From assembly GCA_963744995.1 (NCBI GenBank), contig CAVUWA010000009.1, forward strand, positions 388,392 to 452,391: DNA of 64,000 nt. Reading direction: 5' to 3'. This stretch comes from Candidatus Eiseniibacteriota bacterium. Lineage in GTDB: Bacteria; Eisenbacteria; RBG-16-71-46. The first letter of the stretch is position 1. The number at the start of each line of letters is the position of its first letter. A program made the position numbers and the translations under genes. The notes below the pieces were generated by a model. The model searched no databases. It was not told where the DNA came from and saw only the letters and a program-made list of their open reading frames with translations. This document shows positions 28,585 through 38,711 of the stretch, one piece after another.

Positions 28585-29226
28585 TTGAGCGCGTATTATA
28601 GTGCCTGCCGGTCTGCGATCTCCGGCGCCATGAAGGTGTTCAACGGATGGGAGGTGCGCGGGCGCGAACACGTTCCCCGCGAGGGCGGCGTGATCGTCGC
28701 TCCGAACCACATCTCCTTCTGGGATCCGCCGCTCGTCGGAGCCGCAGCGAAGCGCGAGTTGCATTTCCTCGCCAAGGAAGAGTTGTTCCGCACGCCGCTG
28801 CTCGGCCCGCTCATCCGCGTGTTCAACGCGATCCCGATCCGTCGGGGGATGGCGGACGTTCGTGGATTGTCGCGGGCCATCGAAGTCCTCCAGCGGGGCG
28901 ACGCGCTCCTCGTGTTTCCCGAAGGCAGCCGCATGCGGGACGGAAAGCTGCATCCGGCCCGTCCCGGCATCGGGTTCCTGGCGGTGCAGGGCGACGCGAC
29001 CATCGTTCCGGCCTGCGTGTCGGGCACGAACCGGCCGCGGCACTGGCTGCTGCGCCTGGAGAAGGTGCGGGTCCGCTTCGGCCCTGGGCGGCACTGGCGC
29101 TCCTACGCCGGTGACGACGGGGCGCAGGGGCGGGCGCTGTACCAGCGTATCGGCGACGGCGTCATGCAGGACGTCGCGGCGCTGCGCGAACTGCAGTTGA
29201 CGAGAGCATCACGCGGTGCGGCCTGA
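28585..29226 (+). CDS. plsC: 1-acyl-sn-glycerol-3-phosphate acyltransferase
   Basis: NHISFWD (HX4D) and FPEGSR motifs. TTG start with aggaga RBS; start is uncertain. Confidence 0.8.
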   Translation: MSAYYSACRSAISGAMKVFNGWEVRGREHVPREGGVIVAPNHISFWDPPLVGAAAKRELHFLAKEELFRTPLLGPLIRVFNAIPIRRGMADVRGLSRAIEVLQRGDALLVFPEGSRMRDGKLHPARPGIGFLAVQGDATIVPACVSGTNRPRHWLLRLEKVRVRFGPGRHWRSYAGDDGAQGRALYQRIGDGVMQDVAALRELQLTRASRGAA

Positions 29227-29269
29227 GCGGTCGCACCCTATTCCAATGGTTCAAGGAGGTCTTCACCCC

Positions 29270-31072
29270 ATGCTGGAAACGTCGGAAGAAACCCTCAACC
29301 CCGCATCGGAAACGCCGAAGCGGGCACCCTCACCGCCTCCATTCCCGCTCAACGCGGACGAGGACGACGAGGAACTCACCCCCGAGCTGCGGGCGCAGAT
29401 GTTCGACGTCTATGAAGAGTCGATGCGCTCGATCGCCGAGGGCGAGATCGTCAAGGGCACCGTGCTTTCGGTCGACGACAAGGACGTCCTGGTGGACGTC
29501 GGATTCAAGAGCGAAGGCATCGTCTCCCTTTCGGAATTCGCCGATCCGGCGAGCATCAAGGTCGGCGACACCATCGAAGTCTTCCTCGAGAAGATGGAGA
29601 ACCAGGACGGGCTGGTCGTCCTGTCGAAGCAGCGCGCGGATTTCGTGCGTGTATGGGATCGGGTCAAGGAAGCCCATGACACCGGTCAGGTGGTCGAAGG
29701 CCGCATGGTCCGCAAGATCAAGGGCGGGGTGGTCGTGGACCTCTACGGGGTCGAGGCCTTCCTGCCGGGATCGCAGATCGCGCTGCGTCAGGTGCAGAAC
29801 GTGGACGCGATGCTCGGCCAGACCGTGTCGGTCAAGATCATCAAGCTGAACAAGCGGCGCCGCAACATCGTCGTCTCGCGCCGCAGCGTGCTCGAGGAAG
29901 AGCGCGAGAAGATGAAGGGCAAGATCCTCAAGGATCTGGCCAAGGATCAGATCCGCGAAGGCGTGGTCAAGAACATCACCGACTTCGGCGCATTCGTGGA
30001 CCTCGGTGGCATCGACGGCCTGCTGCACATCACCGACATGTCGTGGGGCCGCGTCGGGCACCCGTCCGAGCTGGTCAAGATCGGCGACAAGGTGCGGGTG
30101 AAGGTGCTCAACTTCGATCCCGAGAAGGAGCGTATCTCGCTCGGCCTGAAGCAGCTCGAGGCCTACCCGTGGGAAGGCGTCGACGAGAAGTACAAGGTCG
30201 GCGACCGCGTGAAGGGTCGCGTCGTGTCGATCACCGACTACGGCGCATTCGTCGAGCTGGAGAAGGGCGTGGAAGGCCTCGTGCACGTCTCCGAGATGTC
30301 GTGGACGCGTCACGTGCGGCATCCGTCCAAGGTCGTCAACATCGGCGACGAGATCGAGGCGGTCGTGCTCAAGGTCGACAAGGCGAACGAGAAGATCTCG
30401 CTCGGCTTGAAGCAGACCGAGCCCGATCCGTGGCTCACGCTCGACCAGAAGTACCCCGAGGGCACCCGCGTTGAGGGCAAGGTGCGGAACCTCACGAATT
30501 TCGGCGCGTTCGTCGAGCTGGAGGAGGGCATCGACGGCCTGGTGCACGTCAGCGACATGTCGTGGACCAAGCGCGTGGCGCACCCCAGCGAGGTGCTCAA
30601 GAAGGGCGACACGGTCGAGGTCGTGATCCTGTCGATCGACAAGGAGCACCGCCGCATCAGCCTGGGCCTCAAGCAGGTCTCCGAGGATCCGTGGCCACAG
30701 CTCGCCGAGAAGTTCCCGTCGGGAATGGAAGTCAGCGGCACGGTCAACCGCCTGTTCGACCGCGGCGCGATCGTGGACCTCGGCGAAGGCATCGAAGGCT
30801 TCATTCCGCTCTCGCAGCTGGGCCAGGACGACCTCAAGCGTCCGAACGACGCCTTCGAGGTGGGCGAGACCCTCACCATGAAGGTGACCCGGGTGGACGT
30901 GCCGAATCATCGCCTGATCCTCAGCGTGAAGGCGTGGCTCTCGGACCAGGACGACATCGCTCTGGCCGAGTGGACGTCGAAGCGCAATCAGGTCAAGGCG
31001 CGCATCGCCTCGAATCCGTCGCCTGAAGAAGGCGGAGGCTCGAGCGACTCGGGCGATTCCGGCGACGAATAG
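29270..31072 (+). CDS. rpsA: 30S ribosomal protein S1 with ~50 aa acidic/Pro-rich N-terminal extension
   Basis: Repeated S1 domains (GxV.G.V..I..FGAFV.L). aaggagg RBS. Confidence 0.9.
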   Translation: MLETSEETLNPASETPKRAPSPPPFPLNADEDDEELTPELRAQMFDVYEESMRSIAEGEIVKGTVLSVDDKDVLVDVGFKSEGIVSLSEFADPASIKVGDTIEVFLEKMENQDGLVVLSKQRADFVRVWDRVKEAHDTGQVVEGRMVRKIKGGVVVDLYGVEAFLPGSQIALRQVQNVDAMLGQTVSVKIIKLNKRRRNIVVSRRSVLEEEREKMKGKILKDLAKDQIREGVVKNITDFGAFVDLGGIDGLLHITDMSWGRVGHPSELVKIGDKVRVKVLNFDPEKERISLGLKQLEAYPWEGVDEKYKVGDRVKGRVVSITDYGAFVELEKGVEGLVHVSEMSWTRHVRHPSKVVNIGDEIEAVVLKVDKANEKISLGLKQTEPDPWLTLDQKYPEGTRVEGKVRNLTNFGAFVELEEGIDGLVHVSDMSWTKRVAHPSEVLKKGDTVEVVILSIDKEHRRISLGLKQVSEDPWPQLAEKFPSGMEVSGTVNRLFDRGAIVDLGEGIEGFIPLSQLGQDDLKRPNDAFEVGETLTMKVTRVDVPNHRLILSVKAWLSDQDDIALAEWTSKRNQVKARIASNPSPEEGGGSSDSGDSGDE

Positions 31073-31092
31073 CCGCCGCGAAGATCCGTACA

Positions 31093-31140
31093 GACCGGAC
31101 GGCCGGGGGAGCGATCCCCCGGCCGTTTGCGTGTCCGGTC
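31093..31140 (+). terminator. Extended GC-rich hairpin/terminator downstream of rpsA
   Basis: gaccggac ggccggggga gcga tcccccggcc gtttgcgt gtccggtc: perfect 10 bp inner stem plus 8 bp outer stem. Confidence 0.55.
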
Positions 31141-31245
31141 CCGGAGTTCAGCCGGCTTCGCGCAGCGGCGAGCCGTGGACTCCGCCCGGCGTCCGGGCGA
31201 ACCGGCACGCGGCGGCGCGTTTGGCCGCGCCGGCCGGCCCCGCTT

Positions 31246-32118
31246 ATGCTCCCCGCCATGGTCGCCCTCCTGGCAATCGCCGCCGCGCTCGCCGCGGCCG
31301 TTCCGCCCTCTGACAGCCTCACCGCGCTCGTGCGGGGCGCGCCCGCCGACAGCGTCGCGCTGCGGCTCCATGCCTGGATCCAGGCGCACCCGGCGGGGGC
31401 CGACGGGGTGAGCGCGCTGCTGCTGCTCGGCCGCTACGAGTACGCGCGCGGCGAGTACCGGCCCGCGGCGGCGGCCTTTGCGCGGGCCGGCGCGCGGCTC
31501 GAGCCGGCGAAGAAACCCGAAGCGCGCTACTGGGCGGGGCTCAGCTGGTTCGCGCTCGGCGACCTCGAGCGCGCCCGCGGCGCCCTCGAGGAGGTGGCGC
31601 GCGCGGGTGGCGAGCGCGCGAGCGACGCGCAGCTCGCGCTGGCCCAGGTCTGGGAGGCGGGCGGGCGCAGCGACAAGGCGTTGGAAGCGCTCAATGCGCT
31701 GCTCGCCGGGGATCCGGGCGAAGCGGGGGCGACCGCGCTGGCGATGACGTTCGAAATCGCGACCGCCCAGCATCGCGAGCCCGAGGCCGAGCGTGCCGCG
31801 GGGCGCCTGCTGCGCGACTATCCGCGCAGCCTCGAAGCCGCGCGCTTCGGCCAGCGCGTGGTGACGCCGCCCTCGACGCAGGGTCACATCGCGGTGCGCC
31901 TCGGCGCGTTCAGCGAGGAGGCCCGTGCGCGCGCGCTGGCCGCAGCCGCACGCCGCGCGGGCTTCGCCGAGGTACGGGTCATTCCGCCGAGTGGCGCGGG
32001 CGCACCGCTCTACATCGTCCGCCTGGGTCCCTACGCCGACCCCGATCAGGCGCAGCAGCAGGCCGAGCGCATCGCGGAACGGCTCGGCATCATTCCCGAG
32101 CGCATCCAGACCCCGTGA
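31246..32118 (+). CDS. TPR-repeat protein with C-terminal SPOR (peptidoglycan-binding) domain
   Basis: N-terminal hydrophobic signal. TPR-like RYEYARGEYRPAAAAFARA. C-terminal IAVRLGAFSEEARARALAAAARRAGFAEVRVIP...YIVRLGPY. Confidence 0.65.
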   Translation: MLPAMVALLAIAAALAAAVPPSDSLTALVRGAPADSVALRLHAWIQAHPAGADGVSALLLLGRYEYARGEYRPAAAAFARAGARLEPAKKPEARYWAGLSWFALGDLERARGALEEVARAGGERASDAQLALAQVWEAGGRSDKALEALNALLAGDPGEAGATALAMTFEIATAQHREPEAERAAGRLLRDYPRSLEAARFGQRVVTPPSTQGHIAVRLGAFSEEARARALAAAARRAGFAEVRVIPPSGAGAPLYIVRLGPYADPDQAQQQAERIAERLGIIPERIQTP

Positions 32119-34760
32119 GCGCGACGCGGGCGAAGACGGCGGCCGGGAAACGGGCGGCGGGAAGAGGGGCGGGCGCCCGCACTCCGTTGATGGAGCAGTA
32201 TGCGCGCATCAAGCACGAGCATCCCGACGCGTTCCTGTTCTTCCGGCTCGGCGACTTCTACGAGATGTTCTTTGAGGACGCGGTGCAGGCGTCACAGCTG
32301 CTCGGCCTCACGCTGACCTCGCGCAACCGCCAGGATCCCCGCCCGATCCCGATGTGCGGCATTCCGTGGCACCAGCGGGATCCCTACGTCGCACGCCTGC
32401 TGCGCATGGGGCACAAGGTCGCGATCTGCGACCAGCTCGAAGACGCCGCGCAGGCGAAGGGGCTCGTCGAACGCGGCGTGACCGAGATCCTCACGCCCGG
32501 CTCGGTCACCGGCGAGGCCTTTCTGGATCCGGCGGCGAACAATTTCCTCGCGGCGCTGTGGCCGGCGGAAGCGGGTATCGGCCTGTGCCTCGCCGACGCC
32601 TCCACGGGGGAGGTGAAACTCGCCGAGTGGCGCTGGGAGGAAGCCGGCGGCCCGCTTTCAAGGCTCCGCGTGGCCGAGTGGGTCGTCCCGGAGCCGGGCG
32701 ACCTGCCGGAGCCGGTCGCGCACCGCCTGGCGGCGCTGCAGCGCGGGCTCGCGGGAGCGTCGAGCCCGGTGCCGGCGGTGCGCTACGCCGCGTTCGAGTC
32801 GGTGCGCTCGCGCTGGCCCGAAACGGCGGACGGCGGATTCGACGACATGCCGCTCGCGCTCGCGGCGGGGGCCGCGGCGCTCGACTACATGGACCGCGTC
32901 TCGGGCGGGAGGGCGCTCCAGCTCTCGCGCCTCGAGCGCTGGCGCGAGGACGACACGCTGCGCTACGACGCGGCGACCGCGCGGCACCTCGAGCTGTTCC
33001 GACCGGCGCCGGGGGGCGAGGCGTCCCACACCCTGTGGCATCACCTGAACCTGTGCGTGTCGGCCCCGGGCTCGAGACGCCTGCGCGGCTGGATCGAGCG
33101 GCCGCTCGCGCGGCTCGAACAGCTCGCCGCGCGCCATGCCGCCGTCGGGCGCTGGCTCGAGGCCGGCGTCGAGCGCGGCGGCTTCCGCGAGCGGCTCAAG
33201 GGGTTCCCGGATCTCGAGCGGCTCGCGGCCCGGGTGGCATGCGGCAAAGCCACCCCGCGCGATCTCGGCGCGCTGCGCGACGGGCTCGAACGCCTGCCGG
33301 AACTCTCCGCCGCGCTCCACGCGCTCGATGCGGATCATTCCGGGCTCGACGCGCTGTGCGGCGCGCCGGGCCTCGCCGCGCGCCTCAAGGCCGCGCTCAC
33401 CGACGAGCCGCCGCCGATCGCCCGTGACGGAGGCATCGTGCGGGCCGGTTACGACGCGCATCGCGACCGCCTGCACGAGCTCGCCCACTCCGGCAAGCGC
33501 TGGATCGCCGAGCTCGAGGCGGCCGAACGCGCGCGCACCGGCATACCGAGTCTCAAGGTCGGCTACAACCGCGTCTTCGGCTACTACCTCGAGGTCACCC
33601 GTCCGCACCTCGACAAGGTGCCGTCCGAATGGGAGCGGCGGCAGACGCTCACCACGGCCGAGCGCTTCATCACGCCGGAACTCAAGGTCAAGGAGCAGGA
33701 GGTGCTCACCGCGGAGGACAAGCTCAAGGCGCGCGAACACGAGCTGTTCGTCGAGCTGCGCGAAGCCGCGGCACGGGAGGTCCCCGTGCTGCAGCGCGCG
33801 GCGGAGGGGCTGGGCGTGCTCGACGCCGAGGCCGCCCTGGCCGAGGCCGCGGCCCGCTTCGGGTGGACGCGCCCCGAGCTCTCCGGGTCCGACCGGCTCG
33901 ACCTCACCGGCGCCCGGCATCCGGTGGTCGAGCGGCTGCTCGCCCGCGGCGAGTTCGTGCCGAACGACGTGCGGCTCGACGGCCGCACGCGGCAGATCCT
34001 GCTGCTCACCGGGCCCAACATGGGCGGCAAGAGCACCTACCTCAGGCAGACCGCACTGATCGTGCTGCTCGCCCAGGCCGGTTCGTTCGTGCCGGCGGAG
34101 CACGCGGCGATCGGACTCGTGGACCGGCTATTCACACGCGTCGGCGCCGCGGACCGTCTCGGCGCCGGACAGAGCACGTTCATGGTCGAGATGCAGGAGA
34201 CCGCGGACATCCTGGCCTCGGCCACGCCGCGCTCGCTGGTGCTGCTCGACGAGATCGGCCGCGGCACGGCCACCTACGACGGTCTGGCCCTGGCCTGGGC
34301 GGTCACCGAGTTCCTGCATGCGGCCGGCGGCCCCAGGCCGCGCACGATCTTCGCGACCCACTACCACGAGCTGACCCAGCTCGCCGGCGAGCTGCCGCGA
34401 CTCGCCAACGTGCACGTCACCGTGCGCGAGTGGCAGGATCAGGTCGTGTTTCTGCACCGCATCGTCGACGGCGCCGCCGATCGTTCCTACGGCATCCACG
34501 TGGCGCGGCTCGCCGGGATCCCGGAACCGGTGATCGCGCGCGCGGCGGAGGTGCTGCACGAGCTGGAGAGCGAGCGCACGGCCGACCATCTGTCGTCGGC
34601 CCGGCCGCGGCAGGACGCCGCACAGGCGGAGCTGCCGCTCGGGCCCGCGCCCGCGCATCCGCTCGCCGCCGCGCTCGCGGCGCTCTCGCCCGAGGCGCTC
34701 ACGCCGCTCGAAGCGCTGAACCTTCTCGCCGAATGGAAGAAGAAGTGGGGCGGGGGGTGA
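32115..34760 (+). CDS. mutS: DNA mismatch repair protein MutS
   Basis: 881 aa. LLTGPNMGGKSTYLRQ Walker A, STFMVEM, and DEIGRGTATYDGLALAWAV. Confidence 0.9.
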   Translation: MSATRAKTAAGKRAAGRGAGARTPLMEQYARIKHEHPDAFLFFRLGDFYEMFFEDAVQASQLLGLTLTSRNRQDPRPIPMCGIPWHQRDPYVARLLRMGHKVAICDQLEDAAQAKGLVERGVTEILTPGSVTGEAFLDPAANNFLAALWPAEAGIGLCLADASTGEVKLAEWRWEEAGGPLSRLRVAEWVVPEPGDLPEPVAHRLAALQRGLAGASSPVPAVRYAAFESVRSRWPETADGGFDDMPLALAAGAAALDYMDRVSGGRALQLSRLERWREDDTLRYDAATARHLELFRPAPGGEASHTLWHHLNLCVSAPGSRRLRGWIERPLARLEQLAARHAAVGRWLEAGVERGGFRERLKGFPDLERLAARVACGKATPRDLGALRDGLERLPELSAALHALDADHSGLDALCGAPGLAARLKAALTDEPPPIARDGGIVRAGYDAHRDRLHELAHSGKRWIAELEAAERARTGIPSLKVGYNRVFGYYLEVTRPHLDKVPSEWERRQTLTTAERFITPELKVKEQEVLTAEDKLKAREHELFVELREAAAREVPVLQRAAEGLGVLDAEAALAEAAARFGWTRPELSGSDRLDLTGARHPVVERLLARGEFVPNDVRLDGRTRQILLLTGPNMGGKSTYLRQTALIVLLAQAGSFVPAEHAAIGLVDRLFTRVGAADRLGAGQSTFMVEMQETADILASATPRSLVLLDEIGRGTATYDGLALAWAVTEFLHAAGGPRPRTIFATHYHELTQLAGELPRLANVHVTVREWQDQVVFLHRIVDGAADRSYGIHVARLAGIPEPVIARAAEVLHELESERTADHLSSARPRQDAAQAELPLGPAPAHPLAAALAALSPEALTPLEALNLLAEWKKKWGGG

Positions 34761-34818
34761 GAGCGCAAGTCACGGCGTGAGGGCGGCAGCCGGCCCGCAC
34801 CGGGGCCTCGCAGGGAGC

Positions 34819-35403
34819 CTAGCTTCTCCGCGGGCGTCCGCCGTTGCCGCGGGCCGCGACCGTGGCGGACCGCTTCGCGCGGCCGTTGGTGCTCGCAGGC
34901 AGGATCTGCACGAGCGCGGTGGGCGCCGCGCCGCCCACCGGGTGCGCCTCGCGGAAGCGGATCAGATTCCGGTAGTGCCCCGGACGCCGCTCGCGGATCC
35001 ACGCCTCCAGCTCCTCGCCGGTACTGAACACGTACTGGATGTCGAGGAGTGGATAGCGGCGCTCGCAGGAACGCGGATCGTACTGGCGACACAGCACCGG
35101 ATGGCGGCCGTAGATCGAGCAGCGGCCCTTCGAGTCGAGCTTGCCGCACTGCGTGTCGACCTGCAGGTACCACTTCTCCGGCTTCTCCACGAAAATGCTG
35201 ATGTGCTCGTGGTAGAGCGCCCAGATCCACTGATCGTAGTCCTCGGCCGCGCGCGGCGAGTCGATTTCGACCGTGATGTAGGTGCAGCACTTCTGGCAGC
35301 CGGCGCACAGATCCGCGTTCTCCTCGGGACTGAGTTCATGGGAGTCGCGTTTGTCGTCGGTCTCGGGAAGATCGTCGGTCGTCAGCACTTTGGAATCGCT
35401 CAT
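34819..35403 (-). CDS. YkgJ-family cysteine-cluster protein
   Basis: CAGCQKCCTY (CxxCxxCC) motif. Confidence 0.7.
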   Translation of the reverse strand: MSDSKVLTTDDLPETDDKRDSHELSPEENADLCAGCQKCCTYITVEIDSPRAAEDYDQWIWALYHEHISIFVEKPEKWYLQVDTQCGKLDSKGRCSIYGRHPVLCRQYDPRSCERRYPLLDIQYVFSTGEELEAWIRERRPGHYRNLIRFREAHPVGGAAPTALVQILPASTNGRAKRSATVAARGNGGRPRRS

Positions 35404-35473
35404 GACCCGCGTTTATAACCGAAAGGTGCAGGACATGCCAGCCCGCCCGCATGAAAGCGGCGCAGCCCACGGC

Positions 35474-36352
35474 TCAGCGTCCGGCGGCCGGGGCCGCCAG
35501 CACCTCACCCGCGATCCGCGCGAGCGCGGTGTCCGGAGAGACGGCGGCGAAGTCACGCACCGCGCGCACGAGCGCGGTGTCGCGCGCGCCCGCCGCAGCG
35601 TCCAGCGCGAGCCAGGCCTCGCGGCCCGCATCGGCGTGGTGCGCGCGACGCTCGAGCACCGCCGCTAGCGTCTCGGCGGCCGCCGGGCGACGCCCGAACG
35701 TGCGCGGCGCCTTCCACAGCGCGCGGGCCGCCTCGCAGCGCACCTCCTCGACCGGATCGCCGAGCAGCGTCACGAGCCGGACCCGCAGGCTGTCGCGCAG
35801 CGGATCGTCGAGGTGCCGCGCGGGGAACGCCGGGCGATCGTGCTCGATGTCGGTGACGATCAGATTGACGCCCAGGGCGAGGGCGGCGCGGGCGCGCACG
35901 GCGGGATCCGCATCGCGGGAGAGCGGCAGCAGCCGCGCCACGGTCTCCGGGGAACGGTAGCTCCAGCGCCGGATCGCGCGAATCTTCCCCGCCGCGGTCG
36001 ACGGCAGCGGCGGCTCGCCGCCGGCAGGCACGAACGGGTGCCAGACGAGCGGCGAGAGGCCGAGCAGGACGGCGACGGCACGGGCGATGAAGCGGCGGCG
36101 GCCGGCCGGCATGCGTCGCCCGGCAAACCAGGCGCCGAGCGCCATGCCGTAGACGCTCGGCCAGATCCAGCCGCCGTCGGTGAGCCATGCGCGGTAGGCG
36201 TGGCCGGCACGCGGATCATGGGCCATGACGCCGATGCCGTCGATCGCGTAGCCGGCGGCAAGGGTCAGCAGACCGCCCAGCAGCGCACCGGCGATCAGTG
36301 CGCCCGCGAGCGGGGGCGCGTCGCTCAGTCCTCGCGGACGATCGCTTTCCAC
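35474..36352 (-). CDS. Membrane-anchored HEAT-repeat protein; start uncertain
   Basis: N-terminal TM segment LIAGALLGGLLTLAAGYAI. HEAT-like DADPAVRARAALALG and GDPVEEVRCEAARALW. GTG 36352 start overlaps the upstream gene by 28 nt; an alternative start is ATG 36226. Confidence 0.5.
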   Translation of the reverse strand: MESDRPRGLSDAPPLAGALIAGALLGGLLTLAAGYAIDGIGVMAHDPRAGHAYRAWLTDGGWIWPSVYGMALGAWFAGRRMPAGRRRFIARAVAVLLGLSPLVWHPFVPAGGEPPLPSTAAGKIRAIRRWSYRSPETVARLLPLSRDADPAVRARAALALGVNLIVTDIEHDRPAFPARHLDDPLRDSLRVRLVTLLGDPVEEVRCEAARALWKAPRTFGRRPAAAETLAAVLERRAHHADAGREAWLALDAAAGARDTALVRAVRDFAAVSPDTALARIAGEVLAAPAAGR

Positions 36353-36666
36353 ACCATGCCCACGATCGCCAGCAGCAACGAGCCCAGCAGCAGCGCACCG
36401 AAACCGCGGACGTGGAACCCGGGCACCACCAGATCCGTGAGCCACAGCATCACCGCGTTGAGGATCAGCAGGAAGAAGCCGAGGGTCACGATCGTCAGCG
36501 GCAGAGTGAGCAGGAACAGCACGGGCTTGATGACGGTGTTGGCCAGGCCGAGGACGAGGGCCGCCAGGATCGCGGGCCCCCAGCCGCTCACGAAGAACCC
36601 CGGGATCACGTGGGACAGCGACATGAACGCACAGGCCATGACGAGGAAATAGAGGACGTGTTTCAC
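36325..36666 (-). CDS. Small membrane protein, phage-holin-family (YvlD/DUF360-like)
   Basis: VKHVLYFLVMACAFMSLSHVIPGFFVSGWGPAILAALVLGLANTVIKPVLFLLTLPLTIVTLGFFLLILNAVMLWL. GTG start with ggaggg RBS. Overlaps the stop of the upstream MetH/MetF gene. Confidence 0.6.
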   Translation of the reverse strand: MKHVLYFLVMACAFMSLSHVIPGFFVSGWGPAILAALVLGLANTVIKPVLFLLTLPLTIVTLGFFLLILNAVMLWLTDLVVPGFHVRGFGALLLGSLLLAIVGMVWKAIVRED

Positions 36667-38513
36667 AGGGTACCCTCCAGCACCTGCAGGCAGTTCTCGT
36701 AGCGCCCGAACGACGGCATGAGGTAGACGCCGTCGGCCATGTCGTGGCACTCCGCGAGCAGGTTCTGCGCGAGCTCCACGCCGACCTTCTGGCCTTCGCC
36801 GCCCGCCGCGTGCATGCGCTCGCGGATCCACTGCGGGACGTGGATGCCCGGCACCTCGTTGTGCAGGAAGTCGGCGTGGCGGAACGACTGCAGCGGCAGG
36901 AGGCCGACCATGATCGGAATCTCCGTGAGTCCGCTCAGGCGGTCCACGAACCGTTTCCAGCAGTCGAGCTCGTACACCGGCTGCGTCATCACGAACTGCG
37001 GTCCGGCGTCGAGCTTGCGTTTCACGTATTCGAACTCCGCGTCGAGGTCTTCGGCGGTCGGGTTCACGCCGCAGCCGAACGCGAAGTTCGTGCGCGCGCC
37101 GATCGAGGTGCCGGCGAGATCGGTGCCGCTGTTCATGGTGCGCACGATGCGCATGAGCCCGGGTGCGTCGGTGTCGAATACCGCGGTCGCGTTCGGATAG
37201 TCGCCCATCGTGGGCGGATCGCCGGTCAGGCACAGGATGTTGCGGATGCCGATCGCGTGCGCGCCGAGCAGCTCGCTCTGCAACGCCATGAGGTTCCGGT
37301 CGCGGGTCGTGAAGTGCAGGATGACCTCGAGCCGGGGAAAGTGCGTGCGGATCTGATAGCCTAGCGAAGGTGCGCTCATGCGGATCCGCGCGAGCGGCGA
37401 GTCGGCGACGTTCACGCAGTCGACCCCGCGCCGCGCCATCATTTCCGCCGCGTTCATGACCTTGCGGGTGTTGATCCCGCGCGGCGGATCGATTTCGACA
37501 CTCACGACGAACTTCTGCTCGAAGAGCTGCAGGAAGCGCGGCTTCTCGGTTTCGACCGGCTCGGCGGGCGCGGGGTCGCGCTCGATCACCTGCACGTCCG
37601 CGCCGGGGGCGTGGCGTTCGGACGGCCGGTGCGACGCCATCCGCTCGCGCATCGCGCGGGTGTGCGCGGGCGTGGTGCCGCAGCAGCCGCCGACCAGGCG
37701 CACACCCATCTCGATCGCGCGCGCCGCGAAATCCGCGTAGTACTCGGGGCTCGCGAGGTAGACGAAGCGCCCGTCCACGACCTGCGGAAGCCCGGCGTTG
37801 GGCATCGCCGAGAGCGGTGTGTCTCCGGCCGCATCGAGCATCGCCTCGAGCACCTCGAGCGTGGGCTGCGGGCCGACGCCGCAGTTCACGCCGATCACGT
37901 CCACGCCGGCCTGACGGAGCGCCGAGGCGACGAGCGCCGGCGAGTGCCCGTAGCGGGTCTTCCCGTCGAGACCGAAGGTCGTCTGCGCCACGATCGGCAT
38001 GTCCACGGCGACGCGGCGCACGCTGCGCACGGCGGCCAGGATCTCGCCGAGGTCGGAGAACGTCTCGAGCAGGAAACAGTCGCAGCCGCCCTCGAGCAGG
38101 CCCTCGGCGGTGGCGCGGAAGCACTGTTCGGCCTCGGCGACGGTGATCTGGCCGAAGGGCTCGAGCGGCTTGCCGAGCGGACCGATCGAGCCGGCGACGA
38201 GCGCGTCCACGCCCACGATCTCGCGCGCGGCGCGGGCGACCTTGACGCCCTGCCGCGCGATCAGACGCACCTTCTCCTCGAGATTGTGAGCCGACAGCCG
38301 TATCGCGTTGGCGCCAAACGTGTTCGTCTCGATGAGATCGGCGCCGGCCGTGAGGTAGTCACGGTGCACCGCCTCGATCAGTTCGGGACGGGACAGGTTG
38401 AGCTCGTCGAAACTCTGCTCGAACCCGACACCGCGGGCATAGAGCTGCGTGCCCATGGCGCCGTCGGCGAGGACCGGGCCGCGGCGGATGCGTTCCATGA
38501 AGACATTGGACAT
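36663..38513 (-). CDS. Bifunctional homocysteine S-methyltransferase / 5,10-methylenetetrahydrofolate reductase (YitJ-like)
   Basis: N-terminal Hcy-binding domain (DGAMGTQL ... GGCCGTTPAH) fused to a C-terminal MetF-like domain (LHFTTRDRN, LCLTGDPP). Confidence 0.85.
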   Translation of the reverse strand: MSNVFMERIRRGPVLADGAMGTQLYARGVGFEQSFDELNLSRPELIEAVHRDYLTAGADLIETNTFGANAIRLSAHNLEEKVRLIARQGVKVARAAREIVGVDALVAGSIGPLGKPLEPFGQITVAEAEQCFRATAEGLLEGGCDCFLLETFSDLGEILAAVRSVRRVAVDMPIVAQTTFGLDGKTRYGHSPALVASALRQAGVDVIGVNCGVGPQPTLEVLEAMLDAAGDTPLSAMPNAGLPQVVDGRFVYLASPEYYADFAARAIEMGVRLVGGCCGTTPAHTRAMRERMASHRPSERHAPGADVQVIERDPAPAEPVETEKPRFLQLFEQKFVVSVEIDPPRGINTRKVMNAAEMMARRGVDCVNVADSPLARIRMSAPSLGYQIRTHFPRLEVILHFTTRDRNLMALQSELLGAHAIGIRNILCLTGDPPTMGDYPNATAVFDTDAPGLMRIVRTMNSGTDLAGTSIGARTNFAFGCGVNPTAEDLDAEFEYVKRKLDAGPQFVMTQPVYELDCWKRFVDRLSGLTEIPIMVGLLPLQSFRHADFLHNEVPGIHVPQWIRERMHAAGGEGQKVGVELAQNLLAECHDMADGVYLMPSFGRYENCLQVLEGTL

Positions 38514-38711
38514 GGGCAGCGACTGTACGGTCTCGTTCGGAGCGGTTCAAGCGCGGGCCGGGAGAGCACCGCGCGCGCCGCCCGGACGGGAGGAGTGTCG
38601 CGCGCCGCCCGGACGCACGGCGTCCCGGATTCGTCAGATCCGCGGTCGGCGCCCGGGATGCACACGCGCGGGTGTTGGAGGCCCCGCGGGCCGCTGATAT
38701 AGTCCGGCGCC

